The notes: a model not told the origin generated them from the sequence alone. Positions 12,462 through 24,609 are shown, counted from the whole stretch's first letter. The stretch is 63,880 nt of DNA, filler included, from Octopus bimaculoides (GCF_001194135.2; 4 parts of 3 records of this genome joined end to end with filler, not necessarily neighbours in it), one strand, 5' to 3'. A program made the numbers and translations.

Positions 12462-13150
12462 ACAGTCATCTTATCACAGGAGCCCAAATCATAGCCTCCA
12501 TGCACCCCTAAGAAACCACTTGGATGCTGCCTGATATGTCCTTTAAAGTCACCAGCCACGACGACAAAGTCACTGTCATTTGTTGAGGAGGTAGTCAGCA
12601 ACGGAGTGTCTTAAAATTGATCTTTCTGTTCATCTGGCAGTCTGGTTGAGGAGCATAGACAGAATAATAGTTGCTGCTCCACTTTGCAAAAGAAGTCTAA
12701 GCTTAAGTATCCTATTACATTCTCTAACTTCCTCAATTTCCTTCTCAGCCCATTTCTTAGCAAGAAGTATGCCCACACCACCAACCCCATCACTATTACC
12801 CACCCAAAAGATTTTATACTTATGTTCTTTACCTGTGAGGAATGTGGCAGAAGCTCTCCTCCACCTTACTTCTTGAATGCAATTCACACCTACATGCCTT
12901 CATTCCAGCATGTTGAAGATCTCACTAGACCTACCTTTCAATATGCCTACATTGAGCATTGTAACTCTAAGAGTGGGGAAAGGCACAGAGGGATAGCGGA
13001 GAGCATTCTGCATCTGAAAAGAAGGTTTGCATGGATGTTTGTTTGCCAAACATCTGATATAAGTTCAAGTAAGTTTCATATAGGTTATCCTGCACTTAAT
13101 TTAGCATCATACAGTCACTTCAAATTTGCCGTGTCTACCAGGAGAGTGTG
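12462..13150 (-). mobile_element. RTE-clade LINE, 5' part (AP endonuclease)
   Basis: CIQEVRWR...YKIFWVGNSDGVGGVGILLAKKW...RILKLRL and DFVVVAGDFKGHI...GVHGGY are RTE APE motifs. Confidence 0.85.
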
Positions 13151-13536
13151 GTATACACAATTGCTTATACAAAGATAAAATAGATGAAATAACAGCAATA
13201 ACTAACCCCACTTACCACATCTACCAGATAAGATAGATAAAATAGAGCCAATAACTAGCCCTTGTCATATTTCCAATGCTAGTAAGCTAGCAATGCTGTT
13301 TTTATGTAATAGTAGTAATATCGTTGCTAGTGGTCGGATCTTTGTAGGAGGGAGGGGAAAGTGGAAGGGTGCTTTCTATACAGATTTCTAGTATAGAAGA
13401 ATGGTTCAAAGAGAAAGAATTCCAGTAGAGGTGGTGGTTCACATTGTGAACTACCAAAGCAGCAAGGTTGAATCTTCTGAAAATGAAACTTCTAAAACAT
13501 GAGACAAACATCTAACAAAATAGTATGAGAGGGCAG

Positions 13537-13577
<41 letters not shown>

Positions 13578-13768
13578 AATCAAGGTGGACAGTATGGTTG
13601 AAAAGAATAACATGACACCACAAGTAAAGCTAGGGAAAAAAGCGAAAATTCAGCTTATCTGAACCTTGTTCCATTAATGGTGGTCATTTAATGATTAGAC
13701 AATCTCATGTGTGTTAAGCAAGGTAAATGTTATATTGTCAATGATTATATATGATGTGTGTGTGTATG

Positions 13769-14001
13769 TGTTGTTACACATACACACACATAGTACCAAA
13801 TATAATCATATAACAAGAGGCAATGTAATAAGAGTTGGTTATCTTATAACCATTTGCACAATAACACTCCAATGTAGAATCAATAACATTCTCACTGTTT
13901 GACCTCAACTGTCTACTGGCTGATCTATTTTTAGACTCATCCAGTCCACTGACTGTCACATGCAGGGGTGCCAGTTCACACTACAACATCTCTCCTTTTA
14001 A
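13769..14001 (-). mobile_element. Isolated Gypsy-type 3' LTR (13769-13988) with adjacent polypurine tract
   Basis: Minus strand: TTAAAAGGAGAGA (PPT), then TGTTGTAG...220 bp...GTAACAACA, with TG...CA inverted ends like the 9270 LTR. Confidence 0.6.
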
Positions 14002-14479
14002 ACTATACACTTCTTGGAGAGTGTGGGTGTACATATTTATTTATTTTTTTAATTTCCCAAGTGTCTCCTCTTATTCTGTTTAATCCATTCTCAGAGAATG
14101 GATTAAACAAGAAAATGGATTAAACAAGAAAAAAAATGACCAACCCAAAACATAACAATATCTGTTTTAACACACAATTTCACATCACGAATCTTGCAAA
14201 ACAAATACATAAAAAATTTTAATAAATTCATATTTTGTTGCATTTACTTTGTACCTGTCATTAGATTAGCTTTGAGACAAAAATTATGCAATAAATTTGG
14301 TTAGGAACCATTTGTTACACAGTGTTCCAAAACTCACATTAATATGTCAATAAATAAGGTTTTATGAAGCCAATCTAAATTCACAATTATTTTACAATTT
14401 AATTGAAGCACATAAGGTGTATATTTTGGTTAGAAATATAGTAATGAAATGGTTAAGCAATAGATCAATACCTGAAGAA

Positions 14480-15970
14480 GTCTAGGAAGACTTTCTCAAA
14501 ACCTTTAACAATAACAAAGCTGCAGGCTCATTAGTCTCAATATAATACCAACTATGATCTAAAACATTCATGTTGAAGGCAAGCAATGTACTTTGTTATT
14601 AACTACGTTAATTTCTTGACAAGGTCTACATAAATGAAGATGCATCAAAAGAATTTAGAGACACAGTAATTATTATCATTTACAAAAGGAAAGCAATTAA
14701 CCCAAACACAGAAACTACTGAAGAACTTGCTTGTTGACAACAAAGGGCAAGATATTCACCTGCATCATGAACAATTGGCTCAAGCTGACTTTATAATTCT
14801 TATATTATATTGCATATAATATAAAAATTATATTGCATAGAAAAGCCAACATAATTTTCACTGTGTATCAACTACAAGAAAAATATGGAGACCATCACAA
14901 CATGTGGACATAGTTTTTATTGACCTAACCAAAATCCTGACTTGATACCAAGAACTCTAATGGAATGTCTTATCTATTATCTATGGCTGCCTTGTAAAGT
15001 AAATTTAAATCCTGGTATTCCTACATGTAAACATGTCTGCTACAGCTAGTCAACAATAACTGTGAATTGTTTCAAGTCAAATCAGGAGTATTGCAAAGAT
15101 TTATACTGACAATCATCAACACCAAGGATGATAACACCCAAAATTGAAATTGTCTATATCCAGTCCAAAAATAGATACCTAGAAGCTCTTTTATTTTGTT
15201 TGGATCTGCAGATAAAAAGAGTAGCCACTTTCTCAGAAAAACATCAGCAACAGCTCCTAGTTATCTTCACCAGTGTATACAAGAAATTTGGACAAACAAT
15301 GAACTCCAAGAAGACTCAAACCATCTTGGTTAAACAACCCTTGAAAATATCGATCACTTTCCATATATTGGAAGTCACTTCTCCTTCAACATGAATTTTA
15401 ATGACAAAATCCACTATCTTAATTGTGCAGGAACAGCTTTTGGATGTCTTCAAACAAAAGACATACATAATCGTTAAACCTGAATAGATACCAAAATGTT
15501 AGAGTACAGACTGGTTGTAATTTCAATGTTTCTGTATCAATAGGAAACCTGAACAATATACCAACAATATCTGAAAGCAACTTAAAATGTTCCATCAACA
15601 CTAAAACCAATGTTAGTGTGCTGAAGGTAGCAAAATCAACACATAGTGAAACTTTCTTGTCAAGAACAAATTCAGATGGAGTAATCATGTCTTGATGAAA
15701 AATGAACATCTGCTAAAGCAAAACTTGTATACCCAGGCAGACCATAATTCAAGAAAGAACACTTTTTAAATAAACAGATGCACAGAATTAGAAAAGAAAA
15801 TAGAAAAGGCAACAATAACAAGACATCTGGAACTACATCTTGTGAATGCAAGAGAACTTTTGAAGCAAAGATTGGACACATAAGCCACTTGAGAAAGTCC
15901 ATGAACAGAGCATCAGTATTACAATTATAACTATTATCCTTGACCTGGAAGAAAAGTCAGAATGACAATT
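14480..15970 (+). mobile_element. Degraded RTE/BovB-like LINE (RT and C-terminal zinc finger)
   Basis: Frameshifted motifs NNKAAG, FIDLTK, VKSGV.Q, FGQTMNSKKTQ, QDMIT, and the C-terminal CECKRTFEAKIGHISHLR. Confidence 0.7.
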
Positions 15971-17349
15971 TATGATAGCTGAAACATAAGTAGTTTGCTC
16001 AAATTTATAATCAAAATGTATTCCATGTTACTTAAACAATTGCTAACTAAAATATATATTCAAACAACCACACTTAAGCAAAGGAATAGATTATATAATA
16101 ACCCATTCATATCATGAAAGGAACATAAAGAAGAATTCAATTAATAGGGATAGAACATTTTGACCACTTTACTTTTATACATTGTTTCTTAATATAACTG
16201 TCAGAGAAGTTTGTAAACAGTTAAATAATACCTTGAGAGCATGATAATAAAATTATTAGATTCTCAGGTATAATCATTTGTTTCTTTCCAATGTTATTTG
16301 AATTAACACAAAAAATGATTTTCTCTGTTTTATGTGGGTTTTTTTTAGCTCCCTTTTTCCTCTTCAACTTTTGTTTATCAGTTTAGAATTTTACCTCTTT
16401 TCAAACATATGACAATGGAGTGCTAACTAGATAAAAAATTAAGGTTTTCGGCATTGCTTCTCTTTGCTTTCAATCAAGGTACCAAAGCCACTTAAGACAT
16501 TTGTACTGTGTATGGAGAAGGTACTATTAGTGAACGAACTGCAGAGAATGGTTTTCATTCTTCAAGGAGGGGAAATTCAACCCCTGAGAGCCTCAATGTT
16601 CCAGTCAACCTTTTTGCTTCAATGAGGATTGATTAAACAATTTCATCTTTGGAGATCCATGACAATCCACAAGGAAATTGGCCCAGCAGATGGGATGCTC
16701 TCGTGATAACATCACCTGTCACCTTCACTCAATGGGTAAGATCCTAAAACTAGGTGGATGGGAGCTACACTCTCTGAGAATGAGAAACTCCAGTGCACCT
16801 CTATCACTACCACTTAGTTTGTTCAACATAGGCTACTTGTAGACAGAGATTTCTTAACCACGTCATCACAGTGATGAAAAATGGTATCTTCACATCAATA
16901 GAGGAAAGAACAGTTGAGATCCAACAAGCAGTACCTCAAGCCAAGTCAGAGCTGCAATCACACAAGATGGGATTTGGAAGGGCTAATCCACTACAAAATG
17001 CTTGAAAACAACCAAATGGTCAATGCAGAGATCAATAAGGCAATCCAACAGAAATGACCCAATCAGTAACATTACATGCTTCTTCAATAATGCTAGCTTC
17101 CACATCACTAATTTGACCAAAAATACTATTCATGAGCTCTGTTAGGAAGTTCTACTGCACCCACCATATACTCCAGTTAAAATAGCTCTAGGTTTTCACT
17201 TTTTCAGTGACTCTCCAACAGTGAGATATAAATAAGGTGATAATTTATTTTTGAATGCAGAGACGCTGTTAGAACAGCAGAAACATTGGGTAAATTACCC
17301 TTACAAAGTGGAAAAATTTGTCAACAAACAGTCAAGGGACCTATGGCTG

Positions 17350-17745
17350 TTTACTCTTTTATTCTTTTACTTGTTTCACTCATTTGACTGCGGCCATGCT
17401 GGAGCACCACCTTTAGTCGAACAAATCAACCCCAAGACTTATTCTTTGTAAACCTAGTACTAATTTTATCAATCTCTTTCGCCAGACTGCTAAGTTACGG
17501 GGATGTAAACACACCAACATCAGTTGTCCATCGATGATGGGGGGGGGGGGAGACAAACACAAACACACACACATGTATATACATATATATGACGGGCTTC
17601 TTTCAGTTTCCATCTACCAAATCCACTCACGAGGTTTTGGTTGGCCAAGGCTATAATAGAAAACACTTGCACAAGGTGCCACACAGTGGGACTGAACCTG
17701 GAACCATGTGGTTTGTAAGCAAGCTACTTACCACACAGCCACTCC
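17350..17745 (-). mobile_element. tRNA-headed SINE (family A, most abundant here)
   Basis: Head (minus) GGAGTGGCTGTGTGGTAAGTAGCTTGC...GGTTCAGTCCC, body GTGAGTGGATTTGGTAGATGGAAACTGAAAGAAGCCCGTC, tail CCAGCATGGCCGCAGTC...AAGTAAAAGA. Confidence 0.85.
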
Positions 17746-17779
17746 TGACAAATTTTTCCACTTTGTAAAAGAAACTTAC

Positions 17780-17808
17780 CCAATGTTTCTGCTGTTCTAA
17801 CAGTGTCT
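17780..17808 (-). CDS. Candidate 29-nt microexon (..ETLLEQQKHW or ..DTVRTAETL), unknown protein
   Basis: TTATTTTCAAATGCAG|AGACACTGTTAGAACAGCAGAAACATTGG|GTAAGT. It lies inside an insertion within a mariner, so it may be TE-derived. Confidence 0.3.
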
Positions 17809-18310
17809 CTGCATTTGAAAATAAATTATTGTCGTATTTGTATCTTACAATGCACATTATGATGCTAATAAAAAAAAAACCTAAGTCTGCTTATCTTTAT
17901 ATATAAATTTGTGAGATGTTTTGTTCAATGAATTCTTCAAATCAAGGCCTGGTGATTTCTATCATGAAGACATTAACAAACTAGTGGAATGCTGACAAGG
18001 AGTCATGAACAATGAAGGATATATATTGACCGATTTGTAAAAACTGTGATGAAATATAAAGATTAAAATAAGTGGAAAAACAATGACTTTATCTGACAAA
18101 CCAAAATTATTGAAAAGTAGAGATAAAGTTGAGATGGTGCTACTGCTAATGTTGATGATATTGATTAAAATAAAGGGAAAATATATTGTCCACACATTCA
18201 CTGCAGCCTTACAAAGTAAACATATCAACAAAAAATCATTGATGAAAGCAAAAACTTCAGTGATATAAAAGATAAATAAGATAAGTGAATATAAAAAATT
18301 TAAATTATAC

Positions 18311-18344
18311 CAACCTCTTTAACAGAGCTAGGTATGACAGTTAT
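18311..18344 (-). CDS. Candidate microexon ITVIPSSVKE(V), unknown protein
   Basis: Strong acceptor TCTTTTCTATTTATTTTCCTGCAG. Only one frame is open. The donor is either GAG|GTTGGT (30 nt) or TTG|GTATAA (34 nt); the latter joins in frame to 17780-17808. Confidence 0.35.
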
Positions 18345-18699
18345 CTGCAGGAAAATAAATAGAAAAGAGATAATTAATGGATCAAAAAAAAAGAAAAGAA
18401 AAAGATGTTATTTAACACAGTAAATTCAAGTTTTATTCAATACTACATTACCACTTCATAAACCAACTATTATTTAATCAACAAAAAAAAAAGAAAAGAA
18501 AAGAAAAACAGTATTACGAAAGACAGTGTCCCAGCATGACCTCAGCTGAAACAAGTAAAAGATAAAATATACAATAGATCCACTATTGCAAAATCCTGAA
18601 ATCCTAATTTCTTCTGTAAGAGACATAATTTTTGAAATACTAACATTTGCATTCTCATTTCTTTATATATCTTCACCTTTTTCTGTGGTGGGGAGTTGG

Positions 18700-20800
18700 C
18701 AGGCTTATGATGCCACACAGTTTAACACTACCATCTGACTCTTGGATGCCTTTAGCAGCATTTCCTTATGACAGGCCTCCAGCAAGTATTCAGTCTAGGT
18801 CACTGGCTGGGAGCCTGTCATAACCTTTCAATGTACCACTACTCACTACTCTTCATCTGTAGGCCAAAAACTAAAAGCAAATCATCTAAACTATTTTCCA
18901 ATGTCCACAAACTTCGTTCCAATCTAGATACCACTCATCATCTCTTACTTAGGTGCACATTCAGCAACACTGGATAAAAGTCTTCTTCCCTCATTACCCC
19001 AAATACATCTGCAACCTGTTGCTTTCCTAACTCTTCACACTACTAGCATCTCTTTGAATGCATCTTCTCTTTGAGCTCTAACCCATCTTCAAAGTCATCA
19101 TTCTCAATGACTTCAATGTTCACAAGTTTTCATGTAGACATCCTAAATATTTGTAATTTCATTCTCACCTCCAAACATAATACCATATTATAATTGTCTC
19201 CATATCTCACAGGACTACCTCATTGCAACCAATCATCCACACAAAATTCCTTAAACCCCACACCCCATGGTGCTTGAAGTTAGTTAATTAGCAAGAGCCC
19301 CACAAGATTAATGCTAATTGTCCATTCCTTGGCAGCTCCTATCAGAAGGAGCTAGACAGGTAGACATCTCAAATATTTGTATTGTCTAGACAGGTAGCTA
19401 AAACTATCCCAAAGTATGTCTCTTCATATCTCATACACAACAAAAATTCAATGCTCCAAGTCTCCCACAGTTGTGTGGAAGTTGTTCTGGCAAAATTCCA
19501 GGCCTACGACATCTTGCAAACTTCTCCATCTTCAAAAGCTAGATGGCACTTACTCAGAAATGTAACATGAAAAGCCATTATCTAAACCTCAAAATAGAAC
19601 TTCATGCATCATACAGCTCTCAAACTATCCCACCTTCAAAATTACAGTCAATCTTTTAGGTCCTTGCCAAAAAGACTTCCAAATTTGCAGAATCCTTTTT
19701 CCATCAACTCCAGCAGAGAAAACCTCAACTCTTACACCAGCTTTGCAGTCTACTCCAGATTACACACACACCACAATTTTCATTCACTTCTATCTGCTTC
19801 TAACCATCCAGGTCTACTATCTTGCATACACACATGTAGTGTGCAAGAGTACCACAGTCAATTCAAACTAAGAGTCTAACAGTCCTGTGTGTCCTTTCCA
19901 TTACCCTCAAACACTGCTCCTTAGAACTAGCCCCTATAATCACCAGTCCCCCAATCTCAAGAAAGGTTACCTCTCTGACCCAAGCAATCCAAAAGAAGCT
20001 ACTGCTATATATTTCAATTAGCTGACCTTCTTCTGATGACAATCTCAGAAAACACAACAATATCAGTCTTATATTGGTCAAACTCTGCTGCAACAGGAGC
20101 AAACTCAGCTAAATTTCCAATTATTTAACAGGGTTTACACATTCCAGCAGCACATCCTTTGATGTATCATTGATTTTTTCCTTTTTTTACACTTGTTGCC
20201 CCTGCTGAATTAAAAAGCCATCAGTCATAGTAAATTGACCAGCTTATGGAGCATGCATCCTAGATGCCTTTTCTAGTCCCTGTCATTTTGGTTAAGCAGT
20301 ACTTACCCCAAATTACTAGGAAGGCAGCTCAGATACAAGGGAGTCCAATAAATTCTTTTAATTGTCAAGTTTGGGACTGTAAGTTTCCAACTTGTCATGC
20401 CTGCATATTTTATCATACATCCAGTGCCAGAGGACAGTGAAAAACTAGTATGGACAATGCTGGTTCTTTGCCTCGTAACATTAGATGATACAAGTTATGA
20501 AATGTACACTGTACAGCAGTGCCTGTAAATACCTATTCACATGACAGCAGTGATCTCAAATGTTGATGTTGTCCATTTACTGGATGATATGATTAGAATT
20601 AGGGGCTCATCATTCTCGAAAACTCTTACAGTGTATCACAGTCATGAGAACTTCAATGTCACCCTGTTTTATTGCTAGATAGTTGTTGACCATATACTGC
20701 ATTCATCTGTCTTTTGACAAATTTTCTTTTTCACTTACTGTTTTTTGAATAAACTTCTTCAACAGGCTATCTTAGTGGGAGTATATTACCAGTAGCACTC
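18700..20800 (+). mobile_element. Heavily degraded CR1/L2-group LINE (APE + RT)
   Basis: VIILNDFNVH (GDFN motif, ~19100), FAESFSINS, KKG..SDPSN, DDT, and a C-terminal FF..T..(W)NKL motif at ~20725-20760. Confidence 0.6.
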
Positions 20801-20984
20801 ATATATTTGTGACCTCACATATACACAAACCTTAAAAATGGTGCTCCAGTATGTGCTAAAGAAGCCTGGACTTTAATGGTTAAAACAAGGAATAAATCAA
20901 AGGGCATAAAATCTACACACACCCATATATAAATGCATGTGTGTATGCATGTATGTATGTATGATGGACTCTCTCATTACTTGT

Positions 20985-21390
20985 TACAATCTTTAGATCA
21001 CAGCATTTTGGAGCACCTTCTTGAAACATTTTAGTCAAATGAATCAACTCCAGTACTTTTTTTTTTTTAAGCCTGGCACTTATTCTATCAGTCTCTTTTG
21101 CTCAACCACTAAGTTATGGAATCATAAATACATCAATAGCAGTTGTCAAACAGTGGTGGTGGGGGGACAATCACAGACACATGGACACACACACATAGAT
21201 GTGTGTGTGTGTGTGTATATGCGTGTGTTGGGTTTCTTTCAGTTTTCCATCTACCAAATCCACTCACAAGGCTTTGATCTGTCTAAAGCTATAGTGAAAG
21301 ACATTTGCCCAAGGTGCCATGTAGCAAGACTGAACCTGGAACCATGTGGTTGGGTAGCAAACTTCTTACTACAGAGCCATACCTGTACCT
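20985..21390 (-). mobile_element. Family A SINE (old, CpG-decayed)
   Basis: Homologous to 17350-17745, with CpG converted to TG/CA. Confidence 0.8.
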
Positions 21391-21439
21391 ATATGTGCCA
21401 TAAATTACATAAAATTTGTACAAAATATGCATAAATGCA

Positions 21440-21725
21440 CAGGCATGGTTGAGTGGTAAGAAGTTTGCTACCTAATTACATGGTTCCGGGTTCAGTCCCA
21501 CCATGTGGTATCTTGCGTAATTGTCTTTTACTATAGCTTTGGGCAGACCAAAATCTTCTGAGTGTATCTGTGTTTGTCCCCCACCACTACCTGACAATTG
21601 GTACTGGTGTGTTTACATCCCTGTAACGTAGCACTTTGGCAAAAGAGATCAGTAGAATAAGTACCAGGCTGTAAAAAAAACATACTGGGATCAATTCCTC
21701 TGACTGAAAACTTTTCAAGATGGTG
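21440..21725 (+). mobile_element. Family A SINE, head-to-head with the previous copy
   Basis: GCACAGGCATGGTTGAGTGGTAAGAAGTTTGC...GGTTCCGGGTTCAGTCCC head, followed by the 3' body. Confidence 0.8.
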
Positions 21726-21732
21726 CCCCAAC

Positions 21733-22065
21733 ATCATCATCATCGTTTAACGTCCACTTTCCATACTGGCATGGGTTGGACAATTTGACTGAGGACTGGC
21801 AAGCCAGATGGCTGCACCAGGCTCCAATCTGATCTGGCAGAGTTTCTACAGCTGGATGCCCTTCCTAACGCCAACCACTCCAAGAGTATAGTGGGTACTT
21901 TTAGCACTCCACTAGCATGGATGCCAGTCATGCGGAGCTGTTATCGAATTTGATTTCGATTTCACTTGCCTCAACAGGTCTTTGCAAGCAGAGTTTAGTG
22001 TCCAATGAAGGAAAGGTACGCATAAGTGGGCTGGTTACACCTCTGGCATAGGCCACGGGTTATGG
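21733..22065 (-). mobile_element. RTE-type 3' end with (GAT)n tail
   Basis: CATCATCATCATCGTTTAACGTCC...GGATGCCCTTCCTAACGCCAACC; shares the GACCTGTTGAG...AAGTGA block with 10085-10422. Confidence 0.8.
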
Positions 22066-22566
22066 CCACTGTAAAATGATTGAAACAAGAAGATAAAAGA
22101 ATGGATAAATGTGTGGAACACTGTTTTTCAGGCCCGATCAAATTTAGCTATGGTATGCAAAATGGATAGTTCATGTTGCTAATATATTCTAAAGAACCAA
22201 AATAACAAAAAAATAATACCAATAATGCTACAAATGATACTAACAGCAGCAATATCAACAGCAACAATAAGAATAAGAAAAATCAAAATCACAAGAGCAA
22301 TAAAATATTAAGTGATAAATAAAAGGACTACACTTAGCTTAAAAAAATAAGTAATTTTTGTAGTAGCTAAATGTTAAAATGAGAAAAGAAACAGAATGCT
22401 CACAAAGATATGTTAATAAACTAGTTAAGAAGAGTGAATATTAAATGAATGCTATGGTATTGAATTACAATCTACTTGGGTTCACTGAATTTCATACATA
22501 TAAAATTAGTGGCAGATAAAGGTATCCTATAGCATTATGTAACAAAGTGAATATCACACTAACATA

Positions 22567-22721
22567 CTCTTTTACTCTTTTACTTGTTTCAGTCATTTGA
22601 CTGTGGCCATGCTGGAGCATCGCCTTTTAGTCAAGCAAATCGACCCCAGGACTTATTCTTTGGAAGCCTAGTACTTATTCTATCAGGCTCTTTTGCGGAA
22701 CCGCTAAGTTACGGTGACGTA
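22567..22721 (-). mobile_element. Family A SINE 3' part (cut by gap)
   Basis: CTCTTTTACTCTTTTACTTGTTTCAGTCATTTGACTGTGGCCATGCTGGAGC... Confidence 0.85.
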
Positions 22722-22821
22722 NNNNNNNNNNNNNNNNNNNNNNNNNNNNNNNNNNNNNNNNNNNNTTAATTAATTAANNNNNNNNNNNNNNNNNNNNNNN
22801 NNNNNNNNNNNNNNNNNNNNN

Positions 22822-22879
<58 letters not shown>

Positions 22880-23845
22880 TAGCTTATGGTTCATTTTTGT
22901 TTTTCTATGAGTGTGTCAGAGTTCTAATCGTTTTATAGAATGTTGACTTTCAGTTTCGTTCTGTTTTTAGTTGTTCCCGCTTGTTTGTTTGTGCAGTTGT
23001 TGTTGTTATTGTTATTGTTATTGATTTCGTTGATGTTTTGTATTCTTTCACTTGCTCCACTGAACAATAAATTCCTTTCGAAATATAACGCCTAACAAAA
23101 ATACAATAAATCATCATAAAATAAATAAAAAAATGTAAATATACAATACACTGTGCTAGTATTTGCATTCGTTAGTGGAATATGAGATGAGTAATGGCTA
23201 AGTGGATATGTTTTGTGTTCCCAAATTTTTGGACGTGAGTTCGTTTCATTGCACCTCGGGCGACATATGCTACCCTTTATTTTATTGTCTTTGACTCCCT
23301 CACTAGAAAATGCCACCCAGATCCTTCTAGGTGAACATCATTTATGAATTTCACGAGCGACCTATCCATGAAATGAGTTATAACTCATCCACATGATAAT
23401 ATATTAATGAGAGAGAAGTATAAGTTATAAAGCCATGACATATTTTACCCAAAGAATTTTATAGCTGATCATTTGTGATTTCCTGTATATATTTCTGCTT
23501 TCTTTCAATTAAATATATATTTGATAATCTTTTCCGTGTCCTATTTTTACCAGTACATCCCTGGGAAGATTCAGGTTCACACACTTGTAACGATTTTATT
23601 TAAAATCCCCACACATGCCAATTACGAAAATCATAACATACCGTAACGATTTTAAGGAAAGCGCCATCTTTCAATTTTGTTTTTTTTTTTGTTTTGGAAA
23701 GGCGAAGTTACGAATTTCAAAACTTGTTGCATTTGAGAAATCGATAATGAAACGCAAAATTCCTTTAAAATGAAAATATTTAGTGAAAGAAAATGAAAAA
23801 TTTACTATTTCAATTACAGTGAAATTTTGCGATGCACTACAAAAC

Positions 23846-23975
23846 CTAATCCTAATACTCAATCTAAATCTAAACTTAAAGTCTAACCTCCCCTCAAACT
23901 CAAAACCTTAAAATCTAAGCCAACGTTAAATTCTACATCCTAATCTTCAACCCTAACCCTAAATCTAACCCTAGC
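23846..23975 (+). repeat. Degenerate telomere-like (CCCTAA/TCTAAA) hexamer tract
   Basis: CCTAATCCTAATACTCAATCTAAATCTAAAC...AACCCTAACCCTAAATCTAACCCTAG. Confidence 0.6.
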
Positions 23976-24538
23976 TCCAGACCTAGTCGTAGCCCCAAGA
24001 TGGACTCAATTGTTCGTTGTGGGAGAATATACAAATAACATGGCAATGTTGGATGAGATGCCGAGAAAGGATAATCTTTAAGGGTTTTCGTAACTTATTG
24101 ATTTCTAAAAGCGTGTGGCGGTGGGGATAAATGAAAATAAAAAGATAATGGTTTTGAATTCGTGAATTACGTAATTGGAATGAAAATCTACATCTGTGCA
24201 GAAATAGTTGATTTAAATTCGAACGAGTTGATCAAACTGAAAAAATCACATTACTATTCTTGCTGTTTCTTCAAAAAGAGTTCGTTCCGCTTATTTTCTA
24301 TGTAGACCATTCTGATAATTAATAGTATACGTTGTTTTATGAGGGGAAATAGAACCACACGTCTAGAACGATAGTTTCTGTCAGAGAAACTTCGCAAAGT
24401 GATTCTTGTGTCAGAAAATAAGGCTTCCCTCAGAATGCCGGTGCAGTGCTAGGCACGGTGCGTTGAGCAGATTTGCTTTTGTGAGTGACGTTCTGAGATG
24501 AGGCAAAAATTGCGCTCACGTATATACTACATATTTAC

Positions 24539-24609
<71 letters not shown>

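Larger units (their letters stand above)
17221..17848. repeat. Inverted repeat, ~103-bp arms (17221-17323 and 17746-17848), ~87% identity
   Basis: Arm 1 ATAATTTATTTTTGAATGCAGAGACGCTGTTAGAACAGCAGAAACATTGGGTAAATTACCCTTACAAAGTGGAAAAATTTGTCA versus the reverse complement of arm 2. About 13 mismatches in 103 by manual alignment. Confidence 0.92.
16400..18110 (+). mobile_element. Degraded mariner interrupted by a 683-bp insertion (17228-17910)
   Basis: Motifs FRHCFSFAFNQG, ICTVYGEGTISERT, HLHSMGKI.KLG, TGDEKW-like and EVLLHPPYTP..LSN stop at 17227. They resume at 17911 with EFFKSRPGDFYHEDINKLVE...NNEGY. GTGAGAT is duplicated at 17221-17227 and 17911-17917. Confidence 0.8.

Noticed and set aside
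13302-13511. Minus-strand ORF ending ...LSPPSYKDPTTSNDITTIT* (PPxY-like)
   Set aside because: Two frames are open, the acceptor is ambiguous and there is no linked exon; insufficient support.
13774-13959. Protein-like ORF MTVSGLDESKNRSASRQ...
   Set aside because: It falls entirely in an LTR bounded by TG...CA with an adjacent PPT.
20306-20775. Strong minus-strand GTAAGT donors at ~20305 and 20738
   Set aside because: Both lie in the antisense of a degraded CR1/L2 RT region.
22766-22777. TTAATTAATTAA islands inside N runs (also 39965-39976 and 62493-62504)
   Set aside because: Each is exactly 44 N + 12 nt + 44 N = 100 bp with stops in all six frames. This is an artificial scaffolding spacer, and adjacency across it is uncertain.
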